From an uncultured Actinomycetota bacterium (lineage in GTDB: Bacteria; Actinomycetota; Actinomycetes; Propionibacteriales; Nocardioidaceae): a DNA stretch of 64,000 nt. Shown one piece after another: positions 10,360 to 20,761 of this stretch. The notes beneath the pieces were generated by a model that saw nothing but the letters and a program-made list of their open reading frames with translations, had not been told where the DNA came from and made no database searches. The stretch is taken from positions 89,999 through 153,998 of the forward strand of contig CAWHAU010000020.1 in the NCBI GenBank assembly GCA_963827435.1, read 5' to 3'. The stretch's first letter is position 1, and each line of letters opens with the position of its first letter. The translations under genes were made by a program, and so were the position numbers.

Positions 10360-11424
10360 TCAGGTCGGACGCACCCCGTGAGACTGCCCGGCCGTGTTCT
10401 CCAGCAGCACGATGGCGAGGTCGTCGCCGAGCTGACCGCCCTTGATGTGACGCCGGACGAGCTCGAGGACGCCGTCGAGCGCCACATCGGGCTGCGACGA
10501 TCTCAGGGTCGGTGCCAGCTCGAGCAGCGGCAGGAACCGCCCCTGTTCATCGCGCGCTTCGCTGAGGCCATCGGTGTACAACAGCAGTCGGTCACCGGCT
10601 CCCCACGGGACCGTGACCGGCTCGCCGTCCCCACCCAGCCCCAGCGGCAGCCTGGGCGGCACGGTCAGCAGCTCGGCGGTGCCGTCAGCACGGATCAACA
10701 TCGGCGGTGGGTGGCCGCACGCGAGGAGCGTGACCCGGCCGCAGTGGGACGCATCGACCATCAGCGCGGTGGCGAAGTCTTCATCCCCCATGAACGGCGT
10801 CAGGTAGGCGTCCATGTCGCGGGCGACATCAGGCAGCGAGGTCTCGGTGGCCGCGGCCTGGCGGAACGCGCGGATCACTCGTGCGGCCTGCTCGACGGCC
10901 GCGAGCCCCTTGCCGCGCACGTCACCGACCAGAAACCGGACGTGGGCGCCGACGAGCGAGCAGTCGTAGAGGTCCCCACCCACGACGGCGTCCTCGGCTG
11001 CGCTCTGGTAGCGCGCGGTCACGCGCACGTCGGCGGCTGAGGGCGGCAGGGTCGGCAGGACGGCACGCTGGGCCACCTCGGCGATGGTGGCCACGTGCCC
11101 GAAGCGGCGTTCTCGGCGGACCCGGACTTCGGCGATCACCACGGCGGCCGCTCCCACCAGGGCGACGTCGAGCAGCAGCACCCACTGCTGTGTGGTGTCC
11201 CAGTTCTGGTTGTACAGACCGGACAGCACCACGAGTGCGGCCGCAGCGGCCGCGAACCCGGCGGTGGCGCGCGCGGGCATGACCGCGGCCGCGGCCAGCG
11301 GAGCGAGCGCGAACAGCGGGTCGGGAGAGATGTTCGGCGGTGCGACGAGGTCCGCCGCGGTGAGCAGGAGCAGCCACACCACGGCGATGACGACTCCCAG
11401 CCGGGCCGCGCGGGTGTTCGTCAC
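10360..11424 (-). CDS. Membrane-anchored PP2C/SpoIIE-family Ser/Thr phosphatase
   Basis: TM helices followed by VGGDLYD, GDVRGKG, GHPPP, LLYTDGLSEAR and DDLA motifs; GTG start at 11424. Confidence 0.88.
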   Translation of the reverse strand: MTNTRAARLGVVIAVVWLLLLTAADLVAPPNISPDPLFALAPLAAAAVMPARATAGFAAAAAALVVLSGLYNQNWDTTQQWVLLLDVALVGAAAVVIAEVRVRRERRFGHVATIAEVAQRAVLPTLPPSAADVRVTARYQSAAEDAVVGGDLYDCSLVGAHVRFLVGDVRGKGLAAVEQAARVIRAFRQAAATETSLPDVARDMDAYLTPFMGDEDFATALMVDASHCGRVTLLACGHPPPMLIRADGTAELLTVPPRLPLGLGGDGEPVTVPWGAGDRLLLYTDGLSEARDEQGRFLPLLELAPTLRSSQPDVALDGVLELVRRHIKGGQLGDDLAIVLLENTAGQSHGVRPT

Positions 11425-11600
11425 GGCCCCTCCTCGGTCACCTCGGCCTGCGACCAGGGTCGCACGGCCCCCGCGGGAGGGCGCCGTCCTGGTCGAGCGC
11501 CTCGAACACGCGAACTGGGACACACCCAGTCAGATCTGCCGCCGCGGCACCTCCTCGAGCCACGCCCCGGCACCGCTCGGCCCTCTGCCAGAATGCGGGC

Positions 11601-12116
11601 ATGCGCGTCCACCTCGGCTCCGACCACGCCGGCCTCGAGCTCAAGGAGCACCTGCTGAACTGGCTCGCGGACCACGGCTTCGAGGCCGTCGACCACGGGC
11701 CGTTCGTCTACGACGCCCTCGACGACTACCCGGTGTTCTGCCTGCGCGCGGCCGAGGCCGTCGCGGCCGACTGGCAGGACGGTGAGCAGAGCCTCGGCGT
11801 CGTCATCGGCGGCTCCGGCAACGGCGAGGCGATCGCCGCCAACAAGGTCAAGGGGGTGCGCTGCGCGCTGGTCTGGAGCGAGGAGACCGCCACCCTCGCG
11901 CGGGAGCACAACGACGCCAACGTGGTGTCGGTCGGTGGCCGCATGCACACCGTCGACGACATGACCCGCTTCGTCGAGGTGTTCCTCGGCACCGCCTACA
12001 GCGGCGAGGAGCGGCACACCCGGCGCATCGGCATGCTCACCGCCTACGAGAAGACCGGAAACCTCCCGCCGCTCCCGGAGTCCGCGCTCGGGCACCGTCC
12101 CGGCGCCTCCGCCTGA
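11601..12116 (+). CDS. rpiB: Ribose-5-phosphate isomerase B
   Basis: GSDHAG, DDYP, GGSGNGE, AREHNDAN and RHTRRI motifs. Confidence 0.95.
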   Translation: MRVHLGSDHAGLELKEHLLNWLADHGFEAVDHGPFVYDALDDYPVFCLRAAEAVAADWQDGEQSLGVVIGGSGNGEAIAANKVKGVRCALVWSEETATLAREHNDANVVSVGGRMHTVDDMTRFVEVFLGTAYSGEERHTRRIGMLTAYEKTGNLPPLPESALGHRPGASA

Positions 12117-12117
12117 G

Positions 12118-12960
12118 ATGCCCGAGGGGCACACCCTCCACCGCCTCGCCACGGCGGTGCGCGAGCAGTTCGCCGGTCGGGCCGTCGCGGTCAGCAGCCC
12201 GCAGGGTCGGTTCGCCGAGTCCGCCCGGCTCGTGGACGGCACCGAGCTGGTCACCGCCGAGTCGTTCGGCAAGCACCTGTTCGTGGCGTTCGCCCAGGAG
12301 CGGTTCGTGCACGTGCACCTCGGTCTCTACGGCCACTTCGACCTGTACGACGGACCGCCGCCGCCTCCGGTGGGACAGGTCCGGATGCGCATCGTGGCCG
12401 GCGCGCCCCGTCCGTCGTACGGCGACCTGCGGGGTGCCACGGCCTGCGAGCTGCTCACCGCCGAGCAGCGCGACGCCATCGTCGAGCGGCTCGGGCCCGA
12501 CCCGCTGCGCGAGGACGCCGACTGGACCCGGGCCTTCGACCGCGTGCACCGCAGCCGCGCACCGATCGGCGGGCTGCTGATGGACCAGGCGGTGCTGGCG
12601 GGCGTCGGCAACGTCTACCGCGCCGAGGTGCTGTTCCGGCACCGGCTGCACCCGCTGAGGCCGGGGACCTCGGTGCGCCGCGGCCGGTTCGAGGCGTTGT
12701 GGGAGGACCTCGTGCTGCTGATGCGCGAGGGGGTCCGCACCGGGCGCATCGACACCGTGCACACCGCCCACACGCCGGAGGCGATGAACCGCGCCCCGCG
12801 CGTCGACGACCACGGGGGAGAGGTGTACGTCTACCGGCGGCAGGGACAGCCCTGCCACGTCTGCGGCACCCGGGTCCGCACCGAGGTGCTGGCCGGCCGC
12901 AACCTGTTCTGGTGCCCGCGCTGCCAGCCCGTGTTCCGGTCGAGAGCCCGCACAGCGTGA
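12118..12960 (+). CDS. nei: Fpg/Nei-family DNA glycosylase/AP lyase (Rv2464c-like)
   Basis: MPEGH N-terminus, GKHLF, HLGLYG, H2TH (LMDQ..LAGVGNVYRAE) and a C-terminal zinc finger CxxC...CxxC. Confidence 0.92.
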   Translation: MPEGHTLHRLATAVREQFAGRAVAVSSPQGRFAESARLVDGTELVTAESFGKHLFVAFAQERFVHVHLGLYGHFDLYDGPPPPPVGQVRMRIVAGAPRPSYGDLRGATACELLTAEQRDAIVERLGPDPLREDADWTRAFDRVHRSRAPIGGLLMDQAVLAGVGNVYRAEVLFRHRLHPLRPGTSVRRGRFEALWEDLVLLMREGVRTGRIDTVHTAHTPEAMNRAPRVDDHGGEVYVYRRQGQPCHVCGTRVRTEVLAGRNLFWCPRCQPVFRSRARTA

Positions 12961-13031
12961 CCTTTCGTGACCTACCGCCTGACCTGACCGAACCATGGGC
13001 AAGTCCGGCGCGAGCCCACTAGGGTCGGGGG

Positions 13032-14144
13032 GTGGTCGCCGCGTCCCACCCCGACCGCCTGTCCCGCGTGCCCGTGGGCCGGGCGCTGACGCGTTCCTGG
13101 AACCGCCAGGTCCGCCGGATCCGGGAGTCGGAGATCGCCCCCGCGCTGCTGCTCTGCGCCGCCTGTGTGCTGATCGGCCTCTCGCAGTACGCCGTCATCT
13201 ACGTGCCGCTCACCACGCTGGTCATCCCGATGGTGATCGGCAACCTGGTCCTCGGTCCACGCACGCTGCCCTGGGCGGTGGTCTTCGCGCTCGGGGTGCT
13301 CGTGATCGTGGTCGCCGCGACCCCGGAGCTGCTCGACGGGCGGCGGGTCGGCGGCGTCGTGGTGATCTTCCTGATCGGGCTGATCATCCTGGTCTCCTCG
13401 TTCCGCAGGACCAGGCTCGGTGTGGCCGGCGTGCGCGGAGAGTCGATGCTGGTCGACCTCCGCGACCGGATCCTCAGCCAGGCGCAGATGCCCGACCTCC
13501 CCAAGGACTGGTACGCCGAGGCGGTGCTCCGCTCGGCCGGCGGGTCCTCGTTCGCCGGGGACTTCCTGGTCGCCGCGCGCTCGCGGGACGGCTCCTCGCT
13601 CCAGGTGGCGGTGGTCGACGTCTCCGGCAAGGGCGAGCAGGCCGGGTCCCGGTCGCTGCTGCTGTCCGGTGCGTTCGGTGGCCTGCTCGGCGCGCTCCCG
13701 GCGCAGGACTTCCTGCCCGCCGCCAACGACTACCTGCTCCGGCAGGACTGGAGCGAGGGCTTCGCCACCGCCGTGCACGTCGACATCGACCTGCGCACCG
13801 GTGCGTTCGAGCTGCGCTCCGCCGGCCACCCGCCGGGCGTGCAGCTGCACGCCGGATCCGGCCGGTGGGCCGTGCACGAGGCCGAGGGGCCGGTGCTCGG
13901 GCTGATGGCGCGGGCGGAGTTCTCCGTCGTCCGCGGCCGGATCGCCCGGGGTGACGCGCTGCTGCTGTTCACCGACGGTCTGGTGGAGACGCCGCAGCGG
14001 GACATCTCGCTGGGCATCGACAAGCTGCTCGGCCAGGGCGAGGCGCTGCTGCGGGCGGGGTTCGAGCGGGGCGCCTACCGGCTGATCGACCGGCTCGAGT
14101 CCATGCACGACGACCGGGCCCTGCTCCTCCTGCACCGCCGCTGA
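13032..14144 (+). CDS. Membrane-anchored PP2C/SpoIIE-family phosphatase
   Basis: TM region, then FAGDF, VVDVSGKG, AGHPP, LFTDGLVE and DDRA motifs. Confidence 0.88.
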   Translation: MVAASHPDRLSRVPVGRALTRSWNRQVRRIRESEIAPALLLCAACVLIGLSQYAVIYVPLTTLVIPMVIGNLVLGPRTLPWAVVFALGVLVIVVAATPELLDGRRVGGVVVIFLIGLIILVSSFRRTRLGVAGVRGESMLVDLRDRILSQAQMPDLPKDWYAEAVLRSAGGSSFAGDFLVAARSRDGSSLQVAVVDVSGKGEQAGSRSLLLSGAFGGLLGALPAQDFLPAANDYLLRQDWSEGFATAVHVDIDLRTGAFELRSAGHPPGVQLHAGSGRWAVHEAEGPVLGLMARAEFSVVRGRIARGDALLLFTDGLVETPQRDISLGIDKLLGQGEALLRAGFERGAYRLIDRLESMHDDRALLLLHRR

Positions 14145-14152
14145 CGCCCGTC

Positions 14153-14174
14153 GCGGGCCCGTTGCGGGGCCCGC
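14153..14174. terminator. Hairpin between the SpoIIE gene and the convergent tRNA-Gly
   Basis: Inverted repeat gcgggccc / gggcccgc with a 6-nt loop. Confidence 0.5.
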
Positions 14175-14196
14175 TCCGGCGGTGTCCTGGAGGGTC

Positions 14197-14270
14197 TGGA
14201 GCGGATGACGGGAATCGAACCCGCGTAGCTAGTTTGGAAGACTAGGGCTCTACCATTGAGCTACATCCGC
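14197..14270 (-). tRNA. tRNA-Gly(TCC)
   Basis: Reverse complement GCGGATGTAGCTCAATGGTAGAGCCCTAGTCTTCCAAACTAG...GGTTCGATTCCCGTCATCCGCTCCA folds as a cloverleaf with encoded CCA. Confidence 0.97.
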
Positions 14271-14419
14271 GTGCGTTCCGCGGGGTCTGTGACCCCGACC
14301 GGAAGCGGCACCATGGTGCCACAGGTCCACGCCCCGTCTCGATTGGGGTTCGCGCACGCCTCTCCCGTAGACTCCCGGGGGCTCCTCGACCGGAGCCGTG
14401 AGACCGGTGGCCGGGAAAC

Positions 14420-14495
14420 CGGGGCGTAGCGTAGTGGCTAGCGCGCCTGCTTTGGGAGCAGGAGATCGCAGGTTCGAGTCCTGTCGCCCCGACCA
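14420..14495 (+). tRNA. tRNA-Pro(TGG)
   Basis: CGGGGCG acceptor stem, CCTGC-TTTGGGA-GCAGG anticodon arm, GGTTCGAGTCC T-arm and CCA end. Confidence 0.97.
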
Positions 14496-14633
14496 CCCGT
14501 CGTCGCACGACTTCCTTCCCGGACCGCCCGACCCACGACCGCCCGGTGTGCCGCGCGCCCCGCACGCCGTACGACCACGACCAAGCCAGGCGACGAGTCA
14601 GACGCCTAGCCAGATGATTGAGGAGAACCACCT

Positions 14634-16058
14634 GTGAAGAGCGCCGTCGAGACTTTGAGCCCGACCCGGGCCAAGCTCACCGTCGAGGTGCCCTTCGAGG
14701 AGCTCAAGCCGAGCCTCGACGCGGCGTACAAGAAGATCGCCCAGCAGATCAACGTGCCCGGGTTCCGCCGTGGCAAGGTGCCGCCGATGGTCATCGACCG
14801 TCAGGTCGGCCGGGGTGCGGTCCTCGACGAGGCGATCAACGAGGCCCTGCCGAAGCTGTACGTCGAGGCGCTGCAGGCCAACGAGCTCGAGCCCCTCGCC
14901 CAGCCGGAGATCGAGATCACCAAGCTCGAGGACAACGAGACCCTCGAGTTCAGCGCCGAGGTGGACATCCGTCCCGAGATCGACCTCCCCGAGTACGCCG
15001 GCCTCGAGGTCACGGTCGACGACGTCGCGGTGACCGACCAGGACGTCGAGGAGCAGGTGCAGAACCTCCGCGAGCGCTTCGCGAGCCTGAGCGAGGTGGA
15101 GCGGCCTGCGGCCGACGGCGACTTCGTGGTCATGGACCTCGTGGCGCGCCAGAACGGCGAGGTCGTCGAGGGCGCCGAGGTCTCCGGCATGAGCTACCAG
15201 GTCGGCAAGGGCGGCATGCTCGACGGCCTCGACGAGGCCCTGACCGGCATGGCTGCGGGCGACGAGAAGACGTTCGCGTCGAAGCTCGTCGGCGGGGAGC
15301 TGCTCGGCGAGGACGTCGAGGTCGAGGTCAAGGTCACCTCCGTCAAGGAGCAGGAGCTCCCCGAGCTCGACGACGACTTCGCCCAGACCGCCTCCGAGTT
15401 CGACACCGTCGCCGAGCTCGACGACGACGTGCGCACCCGGCTGTCCCGGGGCAAGCGCCTCGAGCAGGCCGCCGCTGCCCGCGACGCCGTCCTCGAGAAG
15501 CTCCTCGACCTCGTCGAGGTCCCGCTGCCCGAGGGCGTCGTGGAGTCCGAGCTGACGGCCCGCAAGGAGCAGATCCAGCAGCAGCTCGCGATGGCCGGCA
15601 TGACCATGGAGCAGTACCTCGACGGCGAGGAGCAGACGGTCGACGAGTTCGAGGCCGACCTGGAGAAGCGGGTGCGCGACGCGGTCGCCGCGCAGTTCGT
15701 GCTCGACCAGGTGGCCAAGAAGGAGGAGATCGGCGTCAGCGAGGGCGAGCTCCAGGAGCACCTCATGCGCCGCGCGCAGCAGTCGGGCCAGAACCCGCAG
15801 GAGTTCATCCAGCACATGCTGGAGCACAACCACATCCCGGAGATGGTCTCCGAGGTGGTGCGGGGCAAGGCGCTGGCCTCGATCGTCGAGGCCGCGACCG
15901 TCACCGACGAGTCCGGCAACCACGTCGAGCTGAAGAACCTCCAGCCCGACGGCAGCATCGCCGACCCGGCGGACCTCGAGGCCGAGGCTGCCGAGGCTGC
16001 CGAGAGCGAAGAGGCTGACGCGGTCGACGCGGAGTCCTCCGAGAAGACCGACGCCTGA
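14634..16058 (+). CDS. tig: Trigger factor
   Basis: MKSAVETLSPTR, GFRRGKVP ribosome-binding loop and FKBP-like domain; tRNA-Pro / tig / clpP synteny. Confidence 0.96.
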   Translation: MKSAVETLSPTRAKLTVEVPFEELKPSLDAAYKKIAQQINVPGFRRGKVPPMVIDRQVGRGAVLDEAINEALPKLYVEALQANELEPLAQPEIEITKLEDNETLEFSAEVDIRPEIDLPEYAGLEVTVDDVAVTDQDVEEQVQNLRERFASLSEVERPAADGDFVVMDLVARQNGEVVEGAEVSGMSYQVGKGGMLDGLDEALTGMAAGDEKTFASKLVGGELLGEDVEVEVKVTSVKEQELPELDDDFAQTASEFDTVAELDDDVRTRLSRGKRLEQAAAARDAVLEKLLDLVEVPLPEGVVESELTARKEQIQQQLAMAGMTMEQYLDGEEQTVDEFEADLEKRVRDAVAAQFVLDQVAKKEEIGVSEGELQEHLMRRAQQSGQNPQEFIQHMLEHNHIPEMVSEVVRGKALASIVEAATVTDESGNHVELKNLQPDGSIADPADLEAEAAEAAESEEADAVDAESSEKTDA

Positions 16059-16070
16059 CGCCAGGTTGCG

Positions 16071-16105
16071 AACGGCCCGTGTCACTGCATGTGACACGGG
16101 CCGTT
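16071..16105 (+). terminator. Intrinsic terminator after tig
   Basis: Perfect 15-bp stem aacggcccgtgtcac / gtgacacgggccgtt with a 5-nt loop. Confidence 0.8.
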
Positions 16106-17288
16106 GACATACCCCCGGTATGCCACCGACACTGACGCGGTGACCTCCACGACCGGAACGCGGCCGCGTGCCGGACTGCTCGGCGCGCTCGCGCTGGCCG
16201 CCGACGCCGCGGACGAGATCGTGCTCGGCACCGTGCGCGACGTGCACGACGCCGTCGTCACCCGCGTCCACCGCGTGACCGGGGGGTCCTCGGGCCACGG
16301 TCCGGTGTCCACCGCGGTCTACAACGGGATCGGCTGCAGCCTGCGCGCCACGAGCCGGGGGCTGCGCGCCGCGGACCGGAGGGTCGGCGCCCGCATCGAG
16401 GAGTCGCCTGCGGGCCGGGTGCTGGTGTCGGCCGTCAACGGCCTGATCGGCGACCGGCTCGCCGAGGACGGCTCGGACCTCGCGATCACGATGGCGGTCC
16501 GCGTCGGGCACCGCGACGTCGATCTCGACCGGCCCTCGCTGGCGGAGGCGTTCCCGTCCGCGACCGGTGACGTCGTGGTCTTCCTGCACGGACTGGGCGA
16601 GCCCGAGACGGCCTGGGACCTCCGGTCGCGGGAGCGCGGCGGCCGGTACGGCGACCGGCTCGCCGAGCAGGGCTGGACCTCGGTCTACCTGCGCGCGAAC
16701 ACCGGCCTCCCGATCGCCGAGAACGGCGTCGCGCTGGCCTCCCTCCTCGACGACCTGGTGGCCTCCTGGCCGACCGCCGTACGTCGGATCGCGCTGGTCG
16801 GCCACTCGATGGGCGGCCTCGTCGTGCGGGCCGCCTGCGCGGTGAGCACCGACGCGGCGCGGCCGTGGACCGACCTCGTGACGGACGTGGTCACCCTGGG
16901 GACGCCGCACCTCGGCGCACCGCTCGAGCGCGGGGTCGCGCTCGGCGCCCGGACGCTCGGGCTGCTGCCGGAGTCCGCGCCGTTCGGCCGGATCCTGGAG
17001 TACCGCTCGGTCGGCATCCTGGACCTGCGCGGGGGCCTGGCCCAGGACGTGCAGAACCTGCCGAACGCGCGCTACCGCCTCGTCGCGGCCACGCTCACCG
17101 CCTCACGCCGGCACCCGGTCGCCGAGACGCTCGGGGACGGCCTGGTGCGCTACCCGTCCGCGCTCGGACGCCCGCGCCGCGGGCCGAACATGTTCCCGGG
17201 CGCCGACGTGCTGCACATCCGGGGAGGCCACCTCGACCTGCTCAACCATCCCGAGGTCGACGAAGCCCTGCGTGCCTGGCTGTCCTGA
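16104..17288 (+). CDS. Alpha/beta-fold hydrolase (lipase/PGAP1-like); real start possibly GTG 16140
   Basis: FLHGL, GHSMGG, LGTPHLGAPLE, GDGLV and GGHLDLLNHP motifs. Confidence 0.82.
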   Translation: MTYPRYATDTDAVTSTTGTRPRAGLLGALALAADAADEIVLGTVRDVHDAVVTRVHRVTGGSSGHGPVSTAVYNGIGCSLRATSRGLRAADRRVGARIEESPAGRVLVSAVNGLIGDRLAEDGSDLAITMAVRVGHRDVDLDRPSLAEAFPSATGDVVVFLHGLGEPETAWDLRSRERGGRYGDRLAEQGWTSVYLRANTGLPIAENGVALASLLDDLVASWPTAVRRIALVGHSMGGLVVRAACAVSTDAARPWTDLVTDVVTLGTPHLGAPLERGVALGARTLGLLPESAPFGRILEYRSVGILDLRGGLAQDVQNLPNARYRLVAATLTASRRHPVAETLGDGLVRYPSALGRPRRGPNMFPGADVLHIRGGHLDLLNHPEVDEALRAWLS

Positions 17289-17319
17289 GCCGAGCCCAGG
17301 AAACCGACAGGAGAACCCC

Positions 17320-17778
17320 GTGCCCCAGCCCCTGCCCATCAGCGCCACCGTCGACATCGCCGCACCGCCCGCGCGCGTGTGGGAGCTCGTCGGCGACGTC
17401 ACCCGGATGCCGGAGTGGAGCCCGGAGCTGCGCCGGCTGCGCGTCGTCGGGAGGAGCCCGGTCCGGGTCGGGTCCACGCTGCTCGGGCTGAACCGTCGCG
17501 GCCTCGTCGCCTGGCCGACGTCCTCGACGGTGACCCGTCTCGACCCCGGACGTGCCGTCGCCTGGCGCACCCGCGAGAGCGGCGCGACCTGGACCTACGA
17601 GCTCGAGGCGGCCGAGGGCGGCACCCGGCTGACCGGGCGCCGGGACCTGCCGGAGTTCAGCCGGCTGACCTCCGTGCTGGGGCCGGTGATCGGGGGAGCG
17701 GCGGGCCACGACCAGGAGCTCGCCGCGGGCATCCGGACCACGCTGGAGCGGATCAAGGAGTCCGTCGAGACGTCCTGA
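17320..17778 (+). CDS. SRPBCC / polyketide-cyclase-like protein
   Basis: IAAPPARVWELVGDVTRMPEWSPE and WTYELE...GGTRLT motifs; AGGAG RBS before the GTG. Confidence 0.85.
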   Translation: MPQPLPISATVDIAAPPARVWELVGDVTRMPEWSPELRRLRVVGRSPVRVGSTLLGLNRRGLVAWPTSSTVTRLDPGRAVAWRTRESGATWTYELEAAEGGTRLTGRRDLPEFSRLTSVLGPVIGGAAGHDQELAAGIRTTLERIKESVETS

Positions 17779-18071
17779 CCAAGGGCGACACGCGGACCGT
17801 GGCCGAACCGTTTTGTGCATTAACCTGCACTCGCACAAACATGAACCCCTTGGTCCGGTTCAACCTCTTGTGACCCGGTTATGAGGTCGTGTTGGCTTCC
17901 GGCGACTGCAACGCGCAGTCGCGCAGCCAGCTCGAGCCCGGGTCGCCCCTGCACGTCGCACCGACGTGGACCCTGCTCCGTCAGATGCCAGCCAGCTCTG
18001 CTGGGTCGGGCATTCCCGTGTTCCTTCTCGCTGCGCCTTCACGCGACACGATCGCTGATGACGGAGGAACC

Positions 18072-20527
18072 GTGCGAAAGAAGTCAGCCGGGCTGTTGAG
18101 CCTGGTGGTCGCGGCGGGACTGGGGACAACCCTCGGTGCTGCCCGCTGTGTCCGCCACGCCAGCCCCCACTGTGAAGAACGTCGGTGCGAGCGCCGACCA
18201 GCCGGACGACGTGGCCGGGCACGAGCTGCCCAACCCGATGGAGGAGAAGCGCCGCGCGCTGCGCCAGGAGGCCATCACCGAGCTGCTGAACGGCACGGGC
18301 ACGGTCGAGAAGCGCGGTGCAAGCACCGTGATGAAGGTGTCGACCAAGAAGGCGCCCGCCGCGGCCGACAAGAACGGCCGCGTCGCCGAGCCGGCGGCGA
18401 CCGAGGACCAGTACGTCGAGCTCGGCCGCGAGAAGACCGACAAGATCTTCGTGGTCCTCACCGACTTCGGCAACGAGCGCCACCCGGACTTCCCGGACAA
18501 GGACCTCGAGCCGTCCATCGCCGGCCCGACGACGTTCGAGGGCCCGGAGAACAACAAGATCCCCCAGCCCGACCGCACGGTCGACAACTCCACGGTGTGG
18601 CAGCAGAACTACGACCAGAAGTACTTCCAGAACCTGTACTTCGGTCGGGGTGACGAGGCGGGCTCCGGCGGCGCGACCGAGTCGGTCAAGCAGTACTTCG
18701 AGCGGCAGTCCTCCGGCCGCTACTCGATCGACGGCACCGTGACCAACTGGGTCAAGGTGAAGTACAACGAGGCGCGCTACGGCCGCTCCAGCGACAACCC
18801 GGCGACCAACGGCGACGACGACAAGGTCTGCTCGGGCCACGTCTGCAACAACACCTGGAACCTCGTCGAGGACGCCGTCAACACCTGGTACGACGACCAG
18901 GTCGCCTCGGGCCGCACGGCCGCGGACGTGACCGCCGAGCTGAAGTCCTTCGACCAGTGGGACCGCTACGACGTCGACAACGACGGCAACTTCAACGAGC
19001 CGGACGGGTACCTCGACCACTTCCAGATCGTGCACGCCGGCGGCGACGAGGCCGACGGCGACCCGATCCAGGGTGAGGACGCCATCTGGTCGCACCGCTG
19101 GTACGCCTTCGGCACCGACTACGGCCAGACCGGCCCGGCCCAGGGCAAGCAGGGCGGCACCCAGGTCGGTGACACCGGCGTCTGGGTGGGCGACTACACC
19201 ATCCAGCCGGAGAACGGCGGCATGAGCGTGTTCGCCCACGAGTACACCCACGACCTCGGTCTGCCGGACCTCTACGACACCGCGGGTGGCGAGAACTCCG
19301 TCAACTACTGGTCGCTGATGGCCCAGAGCCGCCAGGCCGCCCCCAACGACGAGGGCATCGGCACCCGCGCCTCGGACCTCGGCGCGTGGGACAAGCTGCA
19401 GCTCGGCTGGCTCGACTACGCCCTGGTGCAGAACGGTCGCGGCGCCTCGCTCGACCTCGGCCCGTCGCGAGTACAACACCAAGAAGCCGCAGGCCGCCGT
19501 CGTCGCGCTGCCGGAGAAGCAGGTCACCCAGACGCTGGCCAAGCCGTACGCCGGCACCAAGGACTGGTGGAGCGGCACGGCCGACGACTACACCGCCTCC
19601 ATGGGGCGCACCGTCGCCGTACCGGCGGGCACCAGCGCGCTGACCTTCCAGGGCCAGTACAACATCGAGGACGGCTACGACTACGCGTTCGTCGAGGTCA
19701 AGGACGGCGCCGCGGACTGGAAGTCCATCCCCGGCACCGGCACCGACGCCGCGGTGAACAACGGCATCGACGGTGACACCGCCGGCGCCTGGAAGCCGAT
19801 GACGTTCGACCTGACGCCGTACGCCGGCAAGTCGATCCAGCTGCGGGTCCGCTACCAGACGGACGGCGGCGCGCAGGGCAACACCTCGAAGTACCCGGCC
19901 GGCATCTTCCTGGACGACATCTCCATCGCCGGTGGCCCCGCGGACGGCGCCGAGACCAGCCCGAACGGCTGGACCCTCGACGGCTTCAGCTCGGTCGGCG
20001 ACTCGGTCACCCAGGGGTACGCGAACTACTACATCGCGTCGCACCGTGACTACGTGTCGTTCGACAAGTACCTCCAGTCGGGTCCGTACAACTTCGGGTT
20101 CGCGAACACGAAGCCGGACTGGGTCGAGCACTTCCCCTACCAGGACGGCCTGCTGGTCTCCTACTGGGACACCTCCCAGGCGGACAACAACACCAGCGCG
20201 CACCCGGGCCAGGGCCTGATCCTGCCGGTCGACGCCAACCCGTACCCGATCGTCCGGGTCGACGGCACGCTCTGGCGGCCGCGGGTGGCCGGGTACGACG
20301 CGCCGTTCTCGCTGGAGAAGTCCGACTCGTTCACGCTGCACGTGAACGGCCGGGCGAGCGACATCGCGGGTCAGCCGGCGCAGCCGCTGTTCCACGACGA
20401 CGCGTCGTACTGGAACGCCGGCCAGCCGGCAGCCAGCGTCAAGGTGCCGAAGACCGGCACCAGCATCCAGGTCCTCAACACAGAAGGGCACCTCCATGGG
20501 GATCAAGGTCGTCCGCAAGTGACCTGA
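18072..20527 (+). CDS. Secreted immune inhibitor A (M6 family) metalloprotease, frame breaks near 18145 and 19470
   Basis: Signal peptide after a GGAGG RBS; IVHAG.....D...IWSHRW, AHEYTHDLGLPDLYD zinc motif and a C-terminal GLLVSYWD; spread over three ORFs. Confidence 0.88.
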
Positions 20528-20585
20528 TCGGGAGGCAAGAGACGGGCGAGGCCGCGGGTCAGGGGCCCTCGAGCATCGTCCAGAG

Positions 20586-20616
20586 CGTGGCCGGGAGGTT
20601 CGTCCTCCCGGCCACG
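20586..20616 (+). terminator. Intrinsic terminator after the M6 protease gene
   Basis: 13-bp perfect stem cgtggccgggagg / cctcccggccacg. Confidence 0.7.
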
Positions 20617-20693
20617 GTCGCGTCCGGGGCCGGGTGCCGGCCCGCCTTGCCCGACGTGGCCCCGACGCGGTCCGGACAGGTCGGCGCCCGGTC

Positions 20694-20754
20694 GTGCGCT
20701 GTGGGCGAACAACTCCGGACAACCCGTGGATGTGCCGGTGGGTCCGGCTAGGGT
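20694..20754 (+). promoter_or_regulatory. ClgR-type activator box plus -10 element of the clpP1 promoter
   Basis: CGC-TGTGG-GCGAAC (20697-20710) reads GTTCGC-N5-GCG on the minus strand, the Streptomyces ClgR consensus. TAGGGT at 20749-20754 lies 7 nt before an in-frame GTG. Confidence 0.65.
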
Positions 20755-20761
20755 CGGGGGC

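Noticed and set aside
14197-14495. tRNA-Gly and tRNA-Pro as integration sites
   Set aside because: No duplicated 3' ends, integrase or foreign cargo were seen beside either gene.
17780-18071. Riboswitch in the long region upstream of the M6 protease
   Set aside because: No recognisable c-di-AMP, cobalamin, SAM or TPP consensus; only a weak inverted repeat (tttgtgc...gcacaaa), insufficient to call.
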